64,000 nt of DNA, from contig JBJCIZ010000207.1 of assembly GCA_051294375.1 (NCBI GenBank), positions 92,389-156,388 on the forward strand, given 5' to 3'. Made by a program: the position numbers and the translations under genes. Positions within the stretch are counted from its first letter, which is position 1; every line of letters begins with the position of its first letter. This document shows positions 13,386 to 25,801 of the stretch, one piece after another. The notes under the pieces were generated by a model. That model searched no databases. It saw nothing but the letters and a program-made list of their open reading frames with translations, and was not told the DNA's origin. Source of the DNA: Paraspadella gotoi (taxonomy: Eukaryota; Animalia; Chaetognatha).

Positions 13386-15379
13386 ATATCCATTTAATTA
13401 TGATTATTAAGTAATTATGGTTAAAATTAGTAAAAAGATTTTAGTTAATGTGACATATTTTTTATCTATAATCTATATTTATATATATATATCTATATTT
13501 TTTATCTATAATTCACCATATCGGTCCATCAGTCCGCCCCCTCAATCTTGTCGGGCATTCACTTACATCATGTCAGAACATCGAATTATGATAAATTATG
13601 CCAAAAAAATGTCCGTCCATCGGGTTACTCCAATATGCAAATGAGATTAACGTTTCACAGTAATATTTTAATTTAATAAAAACTTATTAATCTTATATAA
13701 AAATTTAAATAAATTTAATAAAATCGAATTTTAAAGCTAGTATATATAGTTTGATCAGCAGATAGGATAAAAAAAATAATATTAAGCACTAAAAAGCACA
13801 TGAAAATACTCAGGCAATGAAGGTTTCTTATAACTTAATCTTGAAAGATAATAAGACGGTGAAACAATGATAAAAAGCTATTGAGACAGAGAGAGGTACA
13901 GTTCAATCAGTTTTTTAGTTTTTCTCATAACCATTTTAGTACCGTTTACTTGAATCATATCAAAATACTTTCCCGCGCTCTCTTTAATTAACTTCAGCGT
14001 AAGAATAATAGTAAAAAGAATTCATGATTGTTTTTGTGATTCTCTCCATCTTTATTATAGTTATTATCTTTGTTTGTTTGCTTTAAAAAATACAACAAAG
14101 CCTTTGGCTTACCTGCAAAAAAGATAAAAATGTTTATTCCTTCTAGAATAAAAAAATACTTTTAGGTAAGGTGATGGCAAACAAAAAGGTGAGGAAACTT
14201 TTTCATTTTTTTGGTGCTAAATTTTGTTTTTATACATCACTAGGAAAAGAGTGAGCATTATCATTTTATTTGAGATAATAAGATATGACAGTAAAAAAAT
14301 TAACATTATTTAAGAATTTTAATTTTGGGGCCACTTGGAGGTTATTAAAAAAGCGAGGGTAAATCTTTCATTTGTCATGGGTGAGGTTCAGTTTTATCAA
14401 ATTCCAACTTTTATTGCTTTACACTATTATAAAGCCTATATCTAAAAATTATACTTTTGGGTCAATCTGTGTCTTTTTCTCTCTCTCTCCCTCTTAGTCT
14501 CTCTCTATATTTTGTATTTGTTTCCAGAAAAAACTTTTATTCTTGTTAAATCTTTTATCACTGATAATAACTTAAAAAATAATTCAAAATATTTGGCAAA
14601 AAATATACTTTTTGTACTTGCAAATACAATTATGTCAAAATTATATTGAGGGAATAAATAAACGAGTTTGTGAAAAAGTCTTGATTGAATGCTTGCAAGG
14701 AACTGCTCTGTCATTATCTTGTACACTACGGCGCAGAAAAAACCACTTTTTCACATCGAAAAAAAGGAAGAGGAAGCCGAACGAGACAAGCGAGACAAGC
14801 TACACGATCAAATCGTTTTCCTGTGATGCTATTAATAAGAATTTTATTTCATATCAATAATAATAATAATGAAGTGGTAAAATGTTTCAAAGAATATTTC
14901 AATTGTATTGTAATAATGTAATTTTTTTGCACCAATTGATTGCTTATTAAAAAACATATATTTTTTAAATATTTTCTTAAAATTAAAAAAGAAATAATTG
15001 TTTTACCAATTTGATAATGAAAATGAAAAAAATACAATTTGTAAAATTTCGATAGCCATGTTAATATTATTAGATTAACTTTTTTAAATATTTTTTATTA
15101 TACAGAACTATCAAAACAAATTAAAACATATTTATTAACTGTTTTTTAAAAAATAATTATTATTAAAATATTTATGCTCTCTTTTGTTTTATATTCAACC
15201 TTACGATGACGCATTAATCTCATTTGCATATTCGAGTGACTCGATTTTTATTATTAACCTTTTGAGCTTACTTGACCTACCGGCTGTGTATCTAATTTCC
15301 ATTAAATATGGTTCTGATCATATTTTGAAAGTTTTTTGAAAATCTGAATCTAGATTCAGGCACTATCTATACAAACACG

Positions 15380-15576
15380 AGTTATTGGAGTTTTTTGCTT
15401 AGGGGGTCGGACAGACAGACAGACGGACATCGTTTTTTTTTGCTTAATTTATCATAATATGATGTTCCGATGTGATGAAAATGATTTAATGACAAGATTT
15501 AGGGGTGGGACCGACGGACTAACAAAGTGAATTATAGAGTCGAAATCTGCTGATAAGCAGATCCGACTAAAAAAAT
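15380..15576 (-). mobile_element. End of a Helentron-associated (DINE/HINE-like) repeat: hairpin plus GTCY microsatellite
   Basis: Hairpin GTCG(A)AATCTGCT-GATA-AGCAGATCCGAC beside T/A runs and (GACA/GACG)n. Other copies at ~13500-13620, 33421-33460, 42100-42304 and 50399-50432. Confidence 0.55.
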
Positions 15577-15889
15577 GTTTAAAAGAATCAGTAGAATCAT
15601 CATCTTCTTCGGAAGAGGAAAAATATCACAAGGAAACCACTTTTATTGAATTACATGAGGAAAAGGAAAACCCATCTTTTTAAAAAACTTTTAAAAAAGT
15701 GGAAGATGCAAAAAAAAAAATAGAAATGTCACCGATTGAAATGTACGAAACTGATGAAAATAAAACTGAAGAAACTGACGAAAGTGAAAGTAAAAAATCT
15801 GGTGACCCTATCTAAAATAGTAATTCCGAATATACCATTCATCATTAAAAATCCCAACGCGGTGCCAGACTTATTTGAACGAACAATAA

Positions 15890-16150
15890 AGGGGAACTCT
15901 GCTCGGAGGCCTGAGTTTGAATCTCACCGCTGCCACCAAGTGGAGGACGGAATTTTTAGAGATAAATAGTTCGAGACCAAGGTAAAATGAATGTGATTTT
16001 AGCGTAACATCGAAGGGGAAATTGCGCGAGGGAATAAAATAATAACTTTTATATGAACTACTTTATTATGAAAGTAGGAATGTGAACAGGGAATGGAATT
16101 TTAGGCCAAGAAATATTATTTACATTTTTCTAATTCCCAGAATACTCTCT
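15890..16150. repeat. Dispersed repeat (inverted relatives at ~49560-49830 and ~55750-56010)
   Basis: CCAAGTGGAGGACGGAATTTTTAG... is the reverse complement of ...CTAAAAATTCCGTCCTCCACTTGG at 49785-49810 and 55971-55995. Confidence 0.75.
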
Positions 16151-16299
16151 CTCAATCTTCACTATTTGTTGATTTTTGTAAATTTATTTTGTTGGACTGA
16201 TTTATACTAATAAAACTAGACACTGTGTCTAACTATCATTAAACAAAGGTAAAGAAGTTTAACGGGATTAAGGATTTTTCACGTAACGGGAAACCCTTC

Positions 16300-16680
16300 T
16301 GGCCCGACTAGTGTGTGCCAACCTTGTGTGGAGAATCATCTCCACCACGCCTCGGCCTGCGTGGCCCTAACCCTAAATCTAACCCCGGCTCACGACATCG
16401 CCAGCGAGCCTCCCGCTCAACTAACCCTAAACCGGGCCCCGATCCAAACCCTAACCAGTTCCCCGGCTCGCGACATCACCCGCGAGCCACTTCCCAAGCT
16501 CTAACCCTGGCCTCCTGTCTTATGCCCAGCATCACTCGCGGCCCCCTCCCACAACCCTAACCGGAGTCTCCCGTTCATTCCTGTGTCTCCACTTCATCTA
16601 CGAGCCTCTTCTAACTCGCGCCTTTCGTCATATTCGCTACTTTTATCACTGGCGGGGTCGCCAGTGAGGGTACTGGCCAC
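16300..16680 (-). repeat. Fragment of a TIR-element family with degenerate (CCCTAA)n satellite interior
   Basis: Repeated AACCCTAA units. CTACTTTTATCACTGGCG..GTCGCCAGTG (16637-16666) is the reverse complement of 42529-42559. Confidence 0.65.
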
Positions 16681-16948
16681 TGTTCTAATTTATTTTGTGT
16701 GTTACAAATTCTTATTTATTTTCTGCAGTTTGGTCTTGGTTTATACATCATATTTAGACCTTAGAAATAAACGTTTGAACATACTTATTAAATAATATTT
16801 AAAAAAAAATTAAATTAAGAGCAATTTTTTTTTTTATCAAAAGTTGTAAAAAGTATGCAAATTAAAGGAATTTGAGGAGTTCTTTATTTTTTTCTTCATG
16901 GGAGGCTCGAACATGTGCAAGAATCAAACAAAAATAGAAACTTCGAAC

Positions 16949-17171
16949 TTGTTCGGAGGTGATACGTTTGGTTGGGTCCATAGTGAGCAACTTCTGCAGC
17001 AATTGAAAGGCGCGACTTTCTGGCTTGACTTTGTGCTTTTCCATGTACTTTTGCAGGCAGCAGGTAAGGTAATTTGACCTATTAAAGTCTTTGATGAGAG
17101 TTGGGTGCTCAGGCATCGTTTTCATGTTCTCCCAGTCTTTTTCATGAGGGAATCCCATAACGTCAAAAATC
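16949..17171 (-). CDS. CDK8: CDK8/CDK19 kinase exon (C-lobe: [14 protein letters not shown]...[18 protein letters not shown])
   Basis: Translation closely matches the CDK8 subdomain X-XI sequence. Acceptor TTTCTCTAG at 17172-17180; donor GT at 16948-16947. Phase matches the upstream exon (AG|G = Arg). Confidence 0.93.
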
Positions 17172-17389
17172 CTAGAGAAAACAGAAAACTGAGTTTGAAT
17201 TAAAGACACAAATACTGAAAAAGCCTACAAAAATCTGGGTCTTTCCAAAACACTAGATTGGAGTTTCGAGGGCAAACATCTGGCACTTTTTTACAAAGAA
17301 GCCCCCCCTTGCTGCGGCTCCTGAAGCAGCGGACTCAAACACACGCACAAAAATCGTATCTTTTGCTACTTTCATCTTCATTTTATGCG

Positions 17390-17803
17390 TGTGGCAAGCT
17401 GAATCTCACCACAACGTGACGAAGGGATCTTGGCAACTGCAGGGATCATGACTAAGACGTTGGCGTTGAGAATATTGTTTCACTATGTCGACGTTGCAGG
17501 GAAATATGTTCTCGTTTTAAGTATTGTTTTACTTAAAGTTTTCACTTCTGACTTCAATGTATTATTTACATTTGTAGATTCAAGTAAAAAGAGAGTGAAA
17601 TAAAGAATATTACTTTTATTGTGATCGCGTGAAGATTTAAAAGCTAACTGACTTCAGTCAGGAAAACAATAAGGTAAACAATCAGTTTTCAATCAGTAAC
17701 AAAAGGCTATCAATCAGTAGATCCATCTTGTGTTGATAAGACTTTAAATCGATAAAACAAAAGATTCTTCAAATTTTTAAAGTTATTAAATCGAGTGGCT
17801 ACA
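17390..17803 (-). repeat. 3' LTR of Gypsy B (minus strand TGTAG...GCCACA)
   Basis: 17390-17660 is near-identical to 31045-31319. It is bounded by a PPT (plus-strand TCCCCC at 17804-17809). Confidence 0.85.
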
Positions 17804-17826
17804 TCCCCCGCTGTTTGAATATAAGG

Positions 17827-18373
17827 TGTAGAGATATGTCCTCCTTTTCCCCCCCATTTATTTGTTTGCCTTTTGTTATTACCGTTTCTGCCGATAGATG
17901 CCTCTTTTCTTTTCTTTAGGAGATTACACTCCTCTTTTCTTTTCTTGCCAGATATACTAGGCCCCATGTAGATACTTATGACTTTTCTGCCAGTCACCAA
18001 ACTGCCTTTTACGAGGCTCAGGACCTTCATGTCACGTCACGTCACCCTTTTGATACCGTTTCCAGACAGTCATTGTGGCCATAGACCACGCTTGGGACTT
18101 GTGGATGCGCTTGTGGTCGGACTTTCACTCCGTCATAGACTCGTGGACGGACTTGTGGTCCATACCATTCGACCACACTCGGGTGATGACAGCCTCGCCG
18201 ATTACTCCCACATCACGGCGAGCCGATGTCTCCGGCGCACGCGCAGCGGCGCCAGACGCGGCCACGCCCACTTCCGGAGGCTTCAGCGAGGGACGTGGAG
18301 GACGGTCCTCCGTAGCGGCGCGACGGCGGTCAAGCTGAGGCGGCTACACGGGCACACGGCAAGTGTTCGTACA
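17827..18373 (+). repeat. 5' LTR of BEL/Pao element
   Basis: Direct repeat of 25802-26334 with a few substitutions and a ~17-bp indel. Confidence 0.95.
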
Positions 18374-18529
18374 GTAAAAGGCAGAATTTAATCTCCTCTG
18401 GCCTAAGCATCTATTTGACGTAAAAGATGTAAAGTCAAAGACAATATCAGAATATAGACGTTGAGATAGAGAATTGTATCTTAGTATAATTTGATATGTA
18501 TAACATTAACCTATTTATCTCCCTTTTGC

Positions 18530-21307
18530 ATGGTCCGCACGATGGCATCGGCCTCTTCAACAAACGGCACCACTCAGAATGGAGCAGATGGAATCGGTCC
18601 GGACGAGTTTGCCGAACAGCTCGAATGTCTCCGGCACATGTTTCAAGGTCTCTTCAACAGGGCCATTGAGACAGGAACATCAGCGGATCGTACGTCTGCC
18701 AACAGTATGAGAGAGGCGCTGGAAATTAAGAGGCAAGAGGCGATGCTTCTCGCGGGAGAACATAGGCTGAGAAATATGCATGTATTATCACGAGGAATTG
18801 ACAGGGTGAAAGACGTCTTGCATGAAAACCCTAAATTTCCGCCACTTTTGGCGGTTTCGAACGATGATACGATTATTGCTGACCCTGCCTCCGGCCCTGG
18901 CTCCAAGGCCGGATCCCCGTATCTCCTTCCCCCCAACCCCACAGTGCCGGTCGTAGGGAGAGGACGGAGCAGCAGTGGACGCTCTACGATGACCGTGGGA
19001 GGAGCGGCGACGATGTCGGTAGACGATCAGGATCCGATTGCACGTCGCTTGAGGTCCTCTGTTACAGCACCTCCGCTATTCCAGACGGCCTTTATGACCC
19101 CTCCCACTTCAGCTTTAACAAAAAGATCGCCGCTGCATGGGACATATACAAGCGCATCCGCGCCAGTCCCATGCAGAATCCTGACTTGCGGGGCGGCAAC
19201 AGCACCGATTATGAGAACAATGGCTACTGTGGCGACGGCGACTGCGACTTCCACCGTAGTCACCACTCAGTCGTAGATTGCTATACTACAACGACCGATA
19301 AACTTTCGCCTCATGGCAGCTCGATAGATGAACGTCAACGAGCTCTGGAAGAGGCAGTACAGCAGGCCGTCGACAACAGAACTCTCGGAGCTTCATGCAC
19401 TGAGGAAGAATACGAGAGAGTTGGCGGCCCTGCAAGAGGAAAATGATCGATTACGGCAAGCGGCAGAAAGGCAATCGGCTCGACGACGCCTCCGAGCTGC
19501 GAGAGAATCCGCTGCCGATCGACTAGCGAATGAGAAACGTTCCCGTCAAGTACCAGTCACGTCCTTTACGCCGGCAGTCACTTCGGGGCCGGCGCCAATC
19601 TTCCCTGCGTTGCCGGCGCCTATCCCGAATCCCGCTGAGGTAGGCGTGAACGTCACGCCCCGGTCGAGAGGTTTGGCCGATTTAGCGACTGGTTTGAATA
19701 TTCTGCCTGCTGGAAGGGCTGGACCTTCGGCCGATAACAGCCCGTCGGCGATGAACATGACGTCATTAACCGAAAGATAATCGGCGATCGAGATCATGGC
19801 TCAACAAGTGGCTGCTCACGAGGTTGAAAGAGAACAATGGAGAGTCAACAGAGAGAATTGGCGTTCAGAGAGACTTACGAAAGGAACTTCGAATCAACGG
19901 TAGTGAGAATGGTTACGATGCTCATGGGCCGTCCAGGTAAAGGAAACATCGCCCCATGAGTAGAGACGCCGCCTTCACCGCCCCGAGCTCCGACGCCTCA
20001 CTACTTGTCCGCCTCCAACTTCGCCCCTTCACGATTCTCCACCTCGACGACACACCCCTTGGCGCGAAACAGAGAGATCCAGCGATCGACGCACAACAAG
20101 CACAAATTGCCCAACTCTCAGAGCAATTGCGACAGCTACAGGAGAGTGTGAGCGCTTTTCAGCACATGAGAAACGGTGGGGGCGGCTTCCGGGAGGCAGC
20201 CCCGCCTCCTGAGGCTCCCCCCGCCGAGAACGATCGACTACAACAGTATCTACACTCGCAATCGATAGAGTCGACGATTCATATGCTTACGCCCAGAAGA
20301 AATGTTTAGGAATGAAGGAGCGAAAAACAAAGTAGTCTTCAAAATTCACATGAGACAATGGGAGGCGGCGATGACTCAACCTGGTGTCACCGCCCAGATG
20401 CGTCATCAGGAACTACGCCACTGGTTCGGCGGTCTCGCGCGATTGAAACTCCAAAAGTATTTTCATCGGACTGATTATTCGGCGGCCGTAGATGAAGCCG
20501 TTGCAATGCTTCATCAGGAATTTGGACGACCCGACGCCTCGCCTCACGAAATGCTAAAAGATTGTTTAGCCGGTGGTAAGGCAACGGAAGCGACGGAGAT
20601 CGACGAGACCATTACGCATCTAGAGAATATCGCCGGCATCGCAGAGGCAAAGGACCGAATGCGCGATTTGAACCGCGACACGGTTATCTCAGATTCTCGA
20701 CGCAAAGTTTCCTCAATGGAAAGACAAATTCGCAGAGGAAAATTCGCAATCGGTCTTTAGAAATGGACGTAAACTTACGCTTTACGAATTTATCGAATTT
20801 TTGAAAATTCACCTTGTTGCGGTTAAAAAAAAAAGGTAGCGACGACGGCTGCCCCCGTCAACGAACGGTGGGGGCATCGAGGATCAGCAAAGAGAAACGA
20901 GTGCCACAGACTCGTTCGATTCATCTGACGCAGCCGATCCTGCCCAACCGGAGTTGCAAAAGAAAAAGCGATGAAAGACGAGCATAACTGAAACAAAGCC
21001 CACGGCGCCTCTCCCAGAAGCCGATTGTGCCTACATAACAGCCAATGGCCGACTTATCCGGCCATTCAGCCGGTGCAGCCGCCGATTCAACAGGCGGCGG
21101 CTACATCTGCTCCCCAGATCCAGATGGTGACGAATACGCCAGGAGTTCCAATGTATACCTCAACGCCGACCCGTTGGCAACTCCGCATTGCTATTTTGTG
21201 GACAAGACCATATGATCTGGGAGTGTACAGGCTATCAGGCACTCGGCGTCCAGGCGAGAGCCGACTTAGCGGCAGGCCGACGATTATGTTTAAATGTTTA
21301 ACTCCTA
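18530..21307 (+). pseudogene. BEL/Pao gag, N-terminal part (frameshifted)
   Basis: FKIHMRQWEAAM...QELRHWFGGLAR...AMLHQEFGRP (DUF1759-like). The zinc knuckle ..KCLTP is interrupted at 21307 and resumes as NHLAIRC after the insertion. Confidence 0.8.
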
Positions 21308-21342
21308 GAGAGAGCAAAGAATTTGAATTTTAACAACGATTT

Positions 21343-21410
21343 TTATTAATAGTTGGACATGTTTCGGCTTGTTTAGTTCAAGCCTTCATCAGCATATGAC
21401 ATTCAATAAT
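21343..21410 (-). ncRNA. Type I minimal hammerhead ribozyme of the Penelope-like element
   Basis: Minus strand: CTGATGA, stem II GGCTTG/CAAGCC, GAAAC-AT-GTC with palindromic short stem III (ACATGT), and an interrupted stem I. Predicted cleavage between 21356 and 21355. Confidence 0.8.
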
Positions 21411-22309
21411 AAATTTTGTGCAAAAGAAGAGTGTGAAGAGAGAGAGAGGGGTAAAAGTTTTTCCAACAAAGTGGTGAGACAGAATAGTGGTCAGATGTGA
21501 GGACAGGTTGAAGGTGAGGGCAGATTGAGTGAGTTGTGAAAAGAAGTGAAACTTGTTAAAGAGAGAGAGAGAGAGAGAGAGAGAAAAAAATAAAACAACA
21601 GAGATAAATAAATAATAAAGATACATTTTTTGCAATGTACAACAAAGATAAAGAAGTTTGAAAAAACTAACATTGGTGAAATTTAACATTTAACTAGTGA
21701 ATAAATAAGTAATTAGCTAAGGGATAGTTAAGTGAAAATGAAATATGAAAGAAAGTAGTTTTTAGTTTTAGTTGATAATTAGGAGATTAAGAAAGTGAAA
21801 TTCAAGGGAAAGAAAGAGCTCAAAATGAGCTGGCCCCCCTTGTTTTATGCAAATGAAGGACAAGGACGATGAAGACGGGTCATTGGCGTGTCAGTGGCTG
21901 AGAGGAGAGTACGACCGAACTGATGAATGCCGGATTGGGAAGCGATCCTTGCGGAAAGATCCCCAGGGCTACTCTGTCTCTTTGGCCTGATACGCCTGCC
22001 GGCTGCCCTCTTCTCGCCTGCTGACGAGGTGGGCGGTTGTCCGTTCTTGCCACTTTTGTGACAGGAGTGACGGACTCCTCTCCCTCCTCCTGAAGCCGTC
22101 GTTTTGGGCGACGCTCAGTCCGCAGAGGGAGGGGCTGAGTTGCTGCATTTGAGGGGAGAGGCATCGTTTGCCCATTGCCTGCGCAAGGGTCTTTGCCTGT
22201 CTCGTTGAGTGGAGATAGGGGATTCATTGTGCGGCGTGGTGGCGGCGGGGCCTCCACCACGCTTTGATAAGCAAATCATAGCTTGGAGGGAGATCGAATC
22301 GTCCTTCAT

Positions 22310-23832
22310 CACGGTTCAAAGAGGGCTCGAGGGCTTTGATGTAAATTGCCTCTCAAATACCTCTTGAGAACCAGTTTGGGTCATGGGACAGCACGAGACA
22401 GTCTGATTCCCTGAACAGATGGCCTGTGTCTGCCGAATGTTCAGCAATTGCGGACAAATAGTGACCTCGGGCGTCACGGTAAGGTTTTTTGTGATGTTGG
22501 AATCGATCTGTCAGAGACTTTCCTGTCTCTCCCACGTATGCTGCTGCACAGGATTGGTTGCCCACCCCTGCACAGGCCGCCCAGTAGACGGCTCCTGATG
22601 TTTTCGGTCTGGGGATTTTATCTTTTGGTTTCACCAATTGCTCACGTAGGGAGCCGCGGGCCGTCACTGAAGTGGAGATCCCCTTGCTAGCCACCAGTGC
22701 TTCAGTGATCCCCTGATGGTAGGGGAGGGACAAGTGCCACGTTCCTTGGGCGCTTCTGCTTATCTTCCACTTGCGCTGTGGTGGGCGCGGTCGGCTCTTC
22801 AGCAGCAAGCTCCCGTTCTGCCTCCTGGGGGGTGGAGGTAGAACCTGCGTCAGCGGTTACTTGGACAGCCCCTGGTTGGCCACTGTCCTCAGCCAGGCGC
22901 GGCCGATACCTAGCCTTCTCGAAGGCCCCAATGGGTAGCCATTGATCGCCAAGGCTCTTTTGATGTGCTCAAGCTCGGCGGCCTGAAGCTCGGGGGTCGA
23001 CGGAATCAGTGCAGCTCTCCTGTAAGGGATCTGACCGTGGCGAGCTTGTGAGACAAGGGAGCATGTGAGATGAAGGGAATGTATTGGTCCGTGTGGGTCG
23101 GTTTGCGATATACATCGAGCATTGGAATTGACCCATTCACCTCCCTCTCACATGTCCACTTGATCCGCACATGGATGTTGTTCAGGTGGTTTAGTAGATC
23201 CTCAATGAGTCTTTGCGCACAGCCAGAATGGTATCGTCTGCTTTCCGATACCAGAAGAGGACTGACTCTGCCCCATGCAACAATCGAAAAGAGGCCAAAG
23301 CTTCCACCTCATAGTCCTCCATATAAAAATCTGCCAGAGGACTTGACGTTGATTTGCCCATCCCTAAGCCACCAGGCTGGGCATAATATTGTCCATCGAA
23401 CCTGAAGTACGCCAGTTCCAGGTCGAGCCGCAGCAATTGCCATGATATCATCCAATTGGATTGGCGTACGCTCTTCCCGGTCTTCCCTCAAGCGGCGCTC
23501 TGCGGAAGCTAACGCCAAGTCTTGGGGAATGTTCGTAAACATGCTTTGTAAATCGCACGAGACCAAGAGATGAGTATTGGGCACTTTGTGATGCTGCAAC
23601 TTTTCTGTCAGATCAAGAGAATTTCTGAGGTGGTGTTGGTTACCAACCACCGGAGTGAGTATGCGACCCAACTCCTTCGACATTCCATTGAAAATGGAAT
23701 TGCGGGCTGAAACGATCGGGCGTAATGGTAAATCGGGCTTATGTACCTTCGGCTGACCGAAGAACAAAGGAGGCTGCGTTGAGTCAGGATTGACTCTGTG
23801 AAATACTGACGGGGAGCAGTATTCACGTATTC
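22310..23832 (-). pseudogene. PLE reverse transcriptase plus GIY-YIG endonuclease ORF (frameshifted)
   Basis: ORF pieces 23309-23767, 23191-23451 and 22353-22808 carry PLE RT and GIY-YIG motifs. Confidence 0.88.
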
Positions 23833-23844
23833 GTTTAACTCCTA

Positions 23845-25210
23845 ATCATTTAGCAATTAGATGTAGATCTAGTGTACCATGTAATCAGTGCAGGGGAAAT
23901 CATCATCCCATGCTGCACGGCGCGGCGCCGGTGCCCCGACAGATCCCGGTTAATCAGGTGGCACAATATCAGCCACAACTGGTTTATGTTCAAACTCCTG
24001 CTCCCGCTCATGCTACACCTACCTTTTTTCAATCCGCTCCCTCCTCCTATGCTGTTTTTTCTCCTCCCCAGCCCCTTCAGAACCCTGGGACGGCAGGGAG
24101 GACTGGCGGATTCAGATCAAACGAGACCAATGACGACGGTTCCCATGCCCCCGGCAGCAGCAGCGACACCAGCAGCGATGCCCACTCCGCAAGCGGGAAC
24201 AATCAACAGTTGACTAGCAGTTGCGTCCGCTCCTGGCAAGGCGACCTTTCGTCCTGTCGTGCCAGTCGTCGTCGAGATGAACGGACGCAAACCCACGACT
24301 TATGCAATGATTGATAGTGGCTGTAATTGCTGCGTATTGAAAGAAAACATTGCCAACGATCTAAGTATAACTTGCAATGATGTAAAAATGAGAATTCGAA
24401 CTTTAGATAGTGATGTTATTGTAGACAAGAAAGTTGCTGATTTTAATATTGAACCACTTAATGGAAATTTTTCTCTATCAGGAAAGCGATTGTGGGATGT
24501 TTACTGACTTTGGAGGACGACCTCCCCCCGTGCGATGAAGATGTGGTCGACAAGCCTCATCTCAAGGGGGTAACGTTCCCCAACCTCCCTGACAAGGAGG
24601 TCGGCGTGCTCCTCCCGGCAAACTACGCCTACACTTGGATTGATGGAGAGGTTCGACGAGGTTCGCGAGACCAGCCGGTAGCCATCAATACGATGTTCGG
24701 CTGGACTTTGATCGGACCCAGAGATGGGAAAAGCGGCGATGACGTGGATTGCGCACGCATGACCGTCAAGTTTGTTGAAGATTTACTAATTGTACATAAA
24801 TATATCGTTGACTTACTCGACGACTTTCATTTAGTACAGTCGATGCAAAAGATGGTGAAAGATTATCGGTTTTGCGACTTCCGTAAAACAAAAAACAGTG
24901 AAATGTTGCGAGTCTCAAACAATAAGCCCAACAACTTTGTCGACAACCGTGGCGCCAACCGACAACAGATCCTTTCTCGAAAACCAAAACCCTTGCTCAG
25001 CTCCTTCCTTCCCCCTCGATGCCGGAGCTCATTCCGGCGGGGGAGAACCATTTTCAGCAAAGACGAGAACCAACCCACGATCTTTGAAAGAGAGGAGGCG
25101 CCCAAGTCCGCGCCCCCGCCGACTTACGGCGAGCCAGACGCGGCCTGGCGCTCGTCAGAAAGAACATTGAAGCTGATTCTGTCGCGACATCGCAGCCAAA
25201 GACCGGAAAT
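23845..25210 (+). pseudogene. BEL/Pao gag C-terminus, aspartic protease and pol remnants
   Basis: CNQCRGNHHPMLH; PVVVEMNG..TYAMIDSG; FGWTLIGP; then an abrupt switch at ~24770 to unrelated 3' sequence. Confidence 0.8.
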
Positions 25211-25801
25211 TGTCCATGGACGCTGTTGTATTATAGACTCATTTTTAAAATTTTATCCATTTGTTTTTATCTATTAGCTTGGAGTATCCTTCTTGAAACG
25301 TTCGATTTTATCATTTAAAGATTAGTTCCCCTTTTTTTATTGTTTGCTCAACTGGTCGTTCTCTACTAAGAAATTTGACGCGTACGCTCAAAAGAAAATT
25401 TTATTTCGACAATCTCGTGACATGGTTAAAATTCATTGTGTAACACATTGCAAAAAAAATAATTTATTTACTTTGATATTGTGACATTCAAACGTTAGAA
25501 AGATTCAATCACATAACTGTAAAAGAAGGTACAGTTTTTTGACAGGCATTGAAAACAATACGGATAAACAATATTTTCTTCCTCTCCCTTTTCTTATTTT
25601 TTTTCAGTTATTTCTACACTTTATTTATTTTTTCTTTCTTATCTTTGTCTTATTTCTCCCTTTCCACCTATCTTGATTCTTCTCTTCCCCTTTCTTGATT
25701 CTTTCTCTTCCTCTTGGGCCATGCTTTACACTGCCCTTCCAGATCAGAGCGGTTTTCGTTGGAGTTTTTCCACCGCTCTGATGGAGCGCTGGAGGTGGGG
25801 G

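Larger units (their letters stand above)
21308..23832 (-). mobile_element. Penelope-like retroelement (5'-truncated) inserted in the BEL gag zinc knuckle
   Basis: 12-bp duplication GTTTAACTCCTA at 21296-21307 and 23833-23844. RT motifs GQPKVHKPDLPLRPIVS, DLQSMFTNIP, GLGMGKSTSSPLAD and RKADD; GIY-YIG endonuclease GAVY...YVGETGKSLTDRFQHH. Confidence 0.92.
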
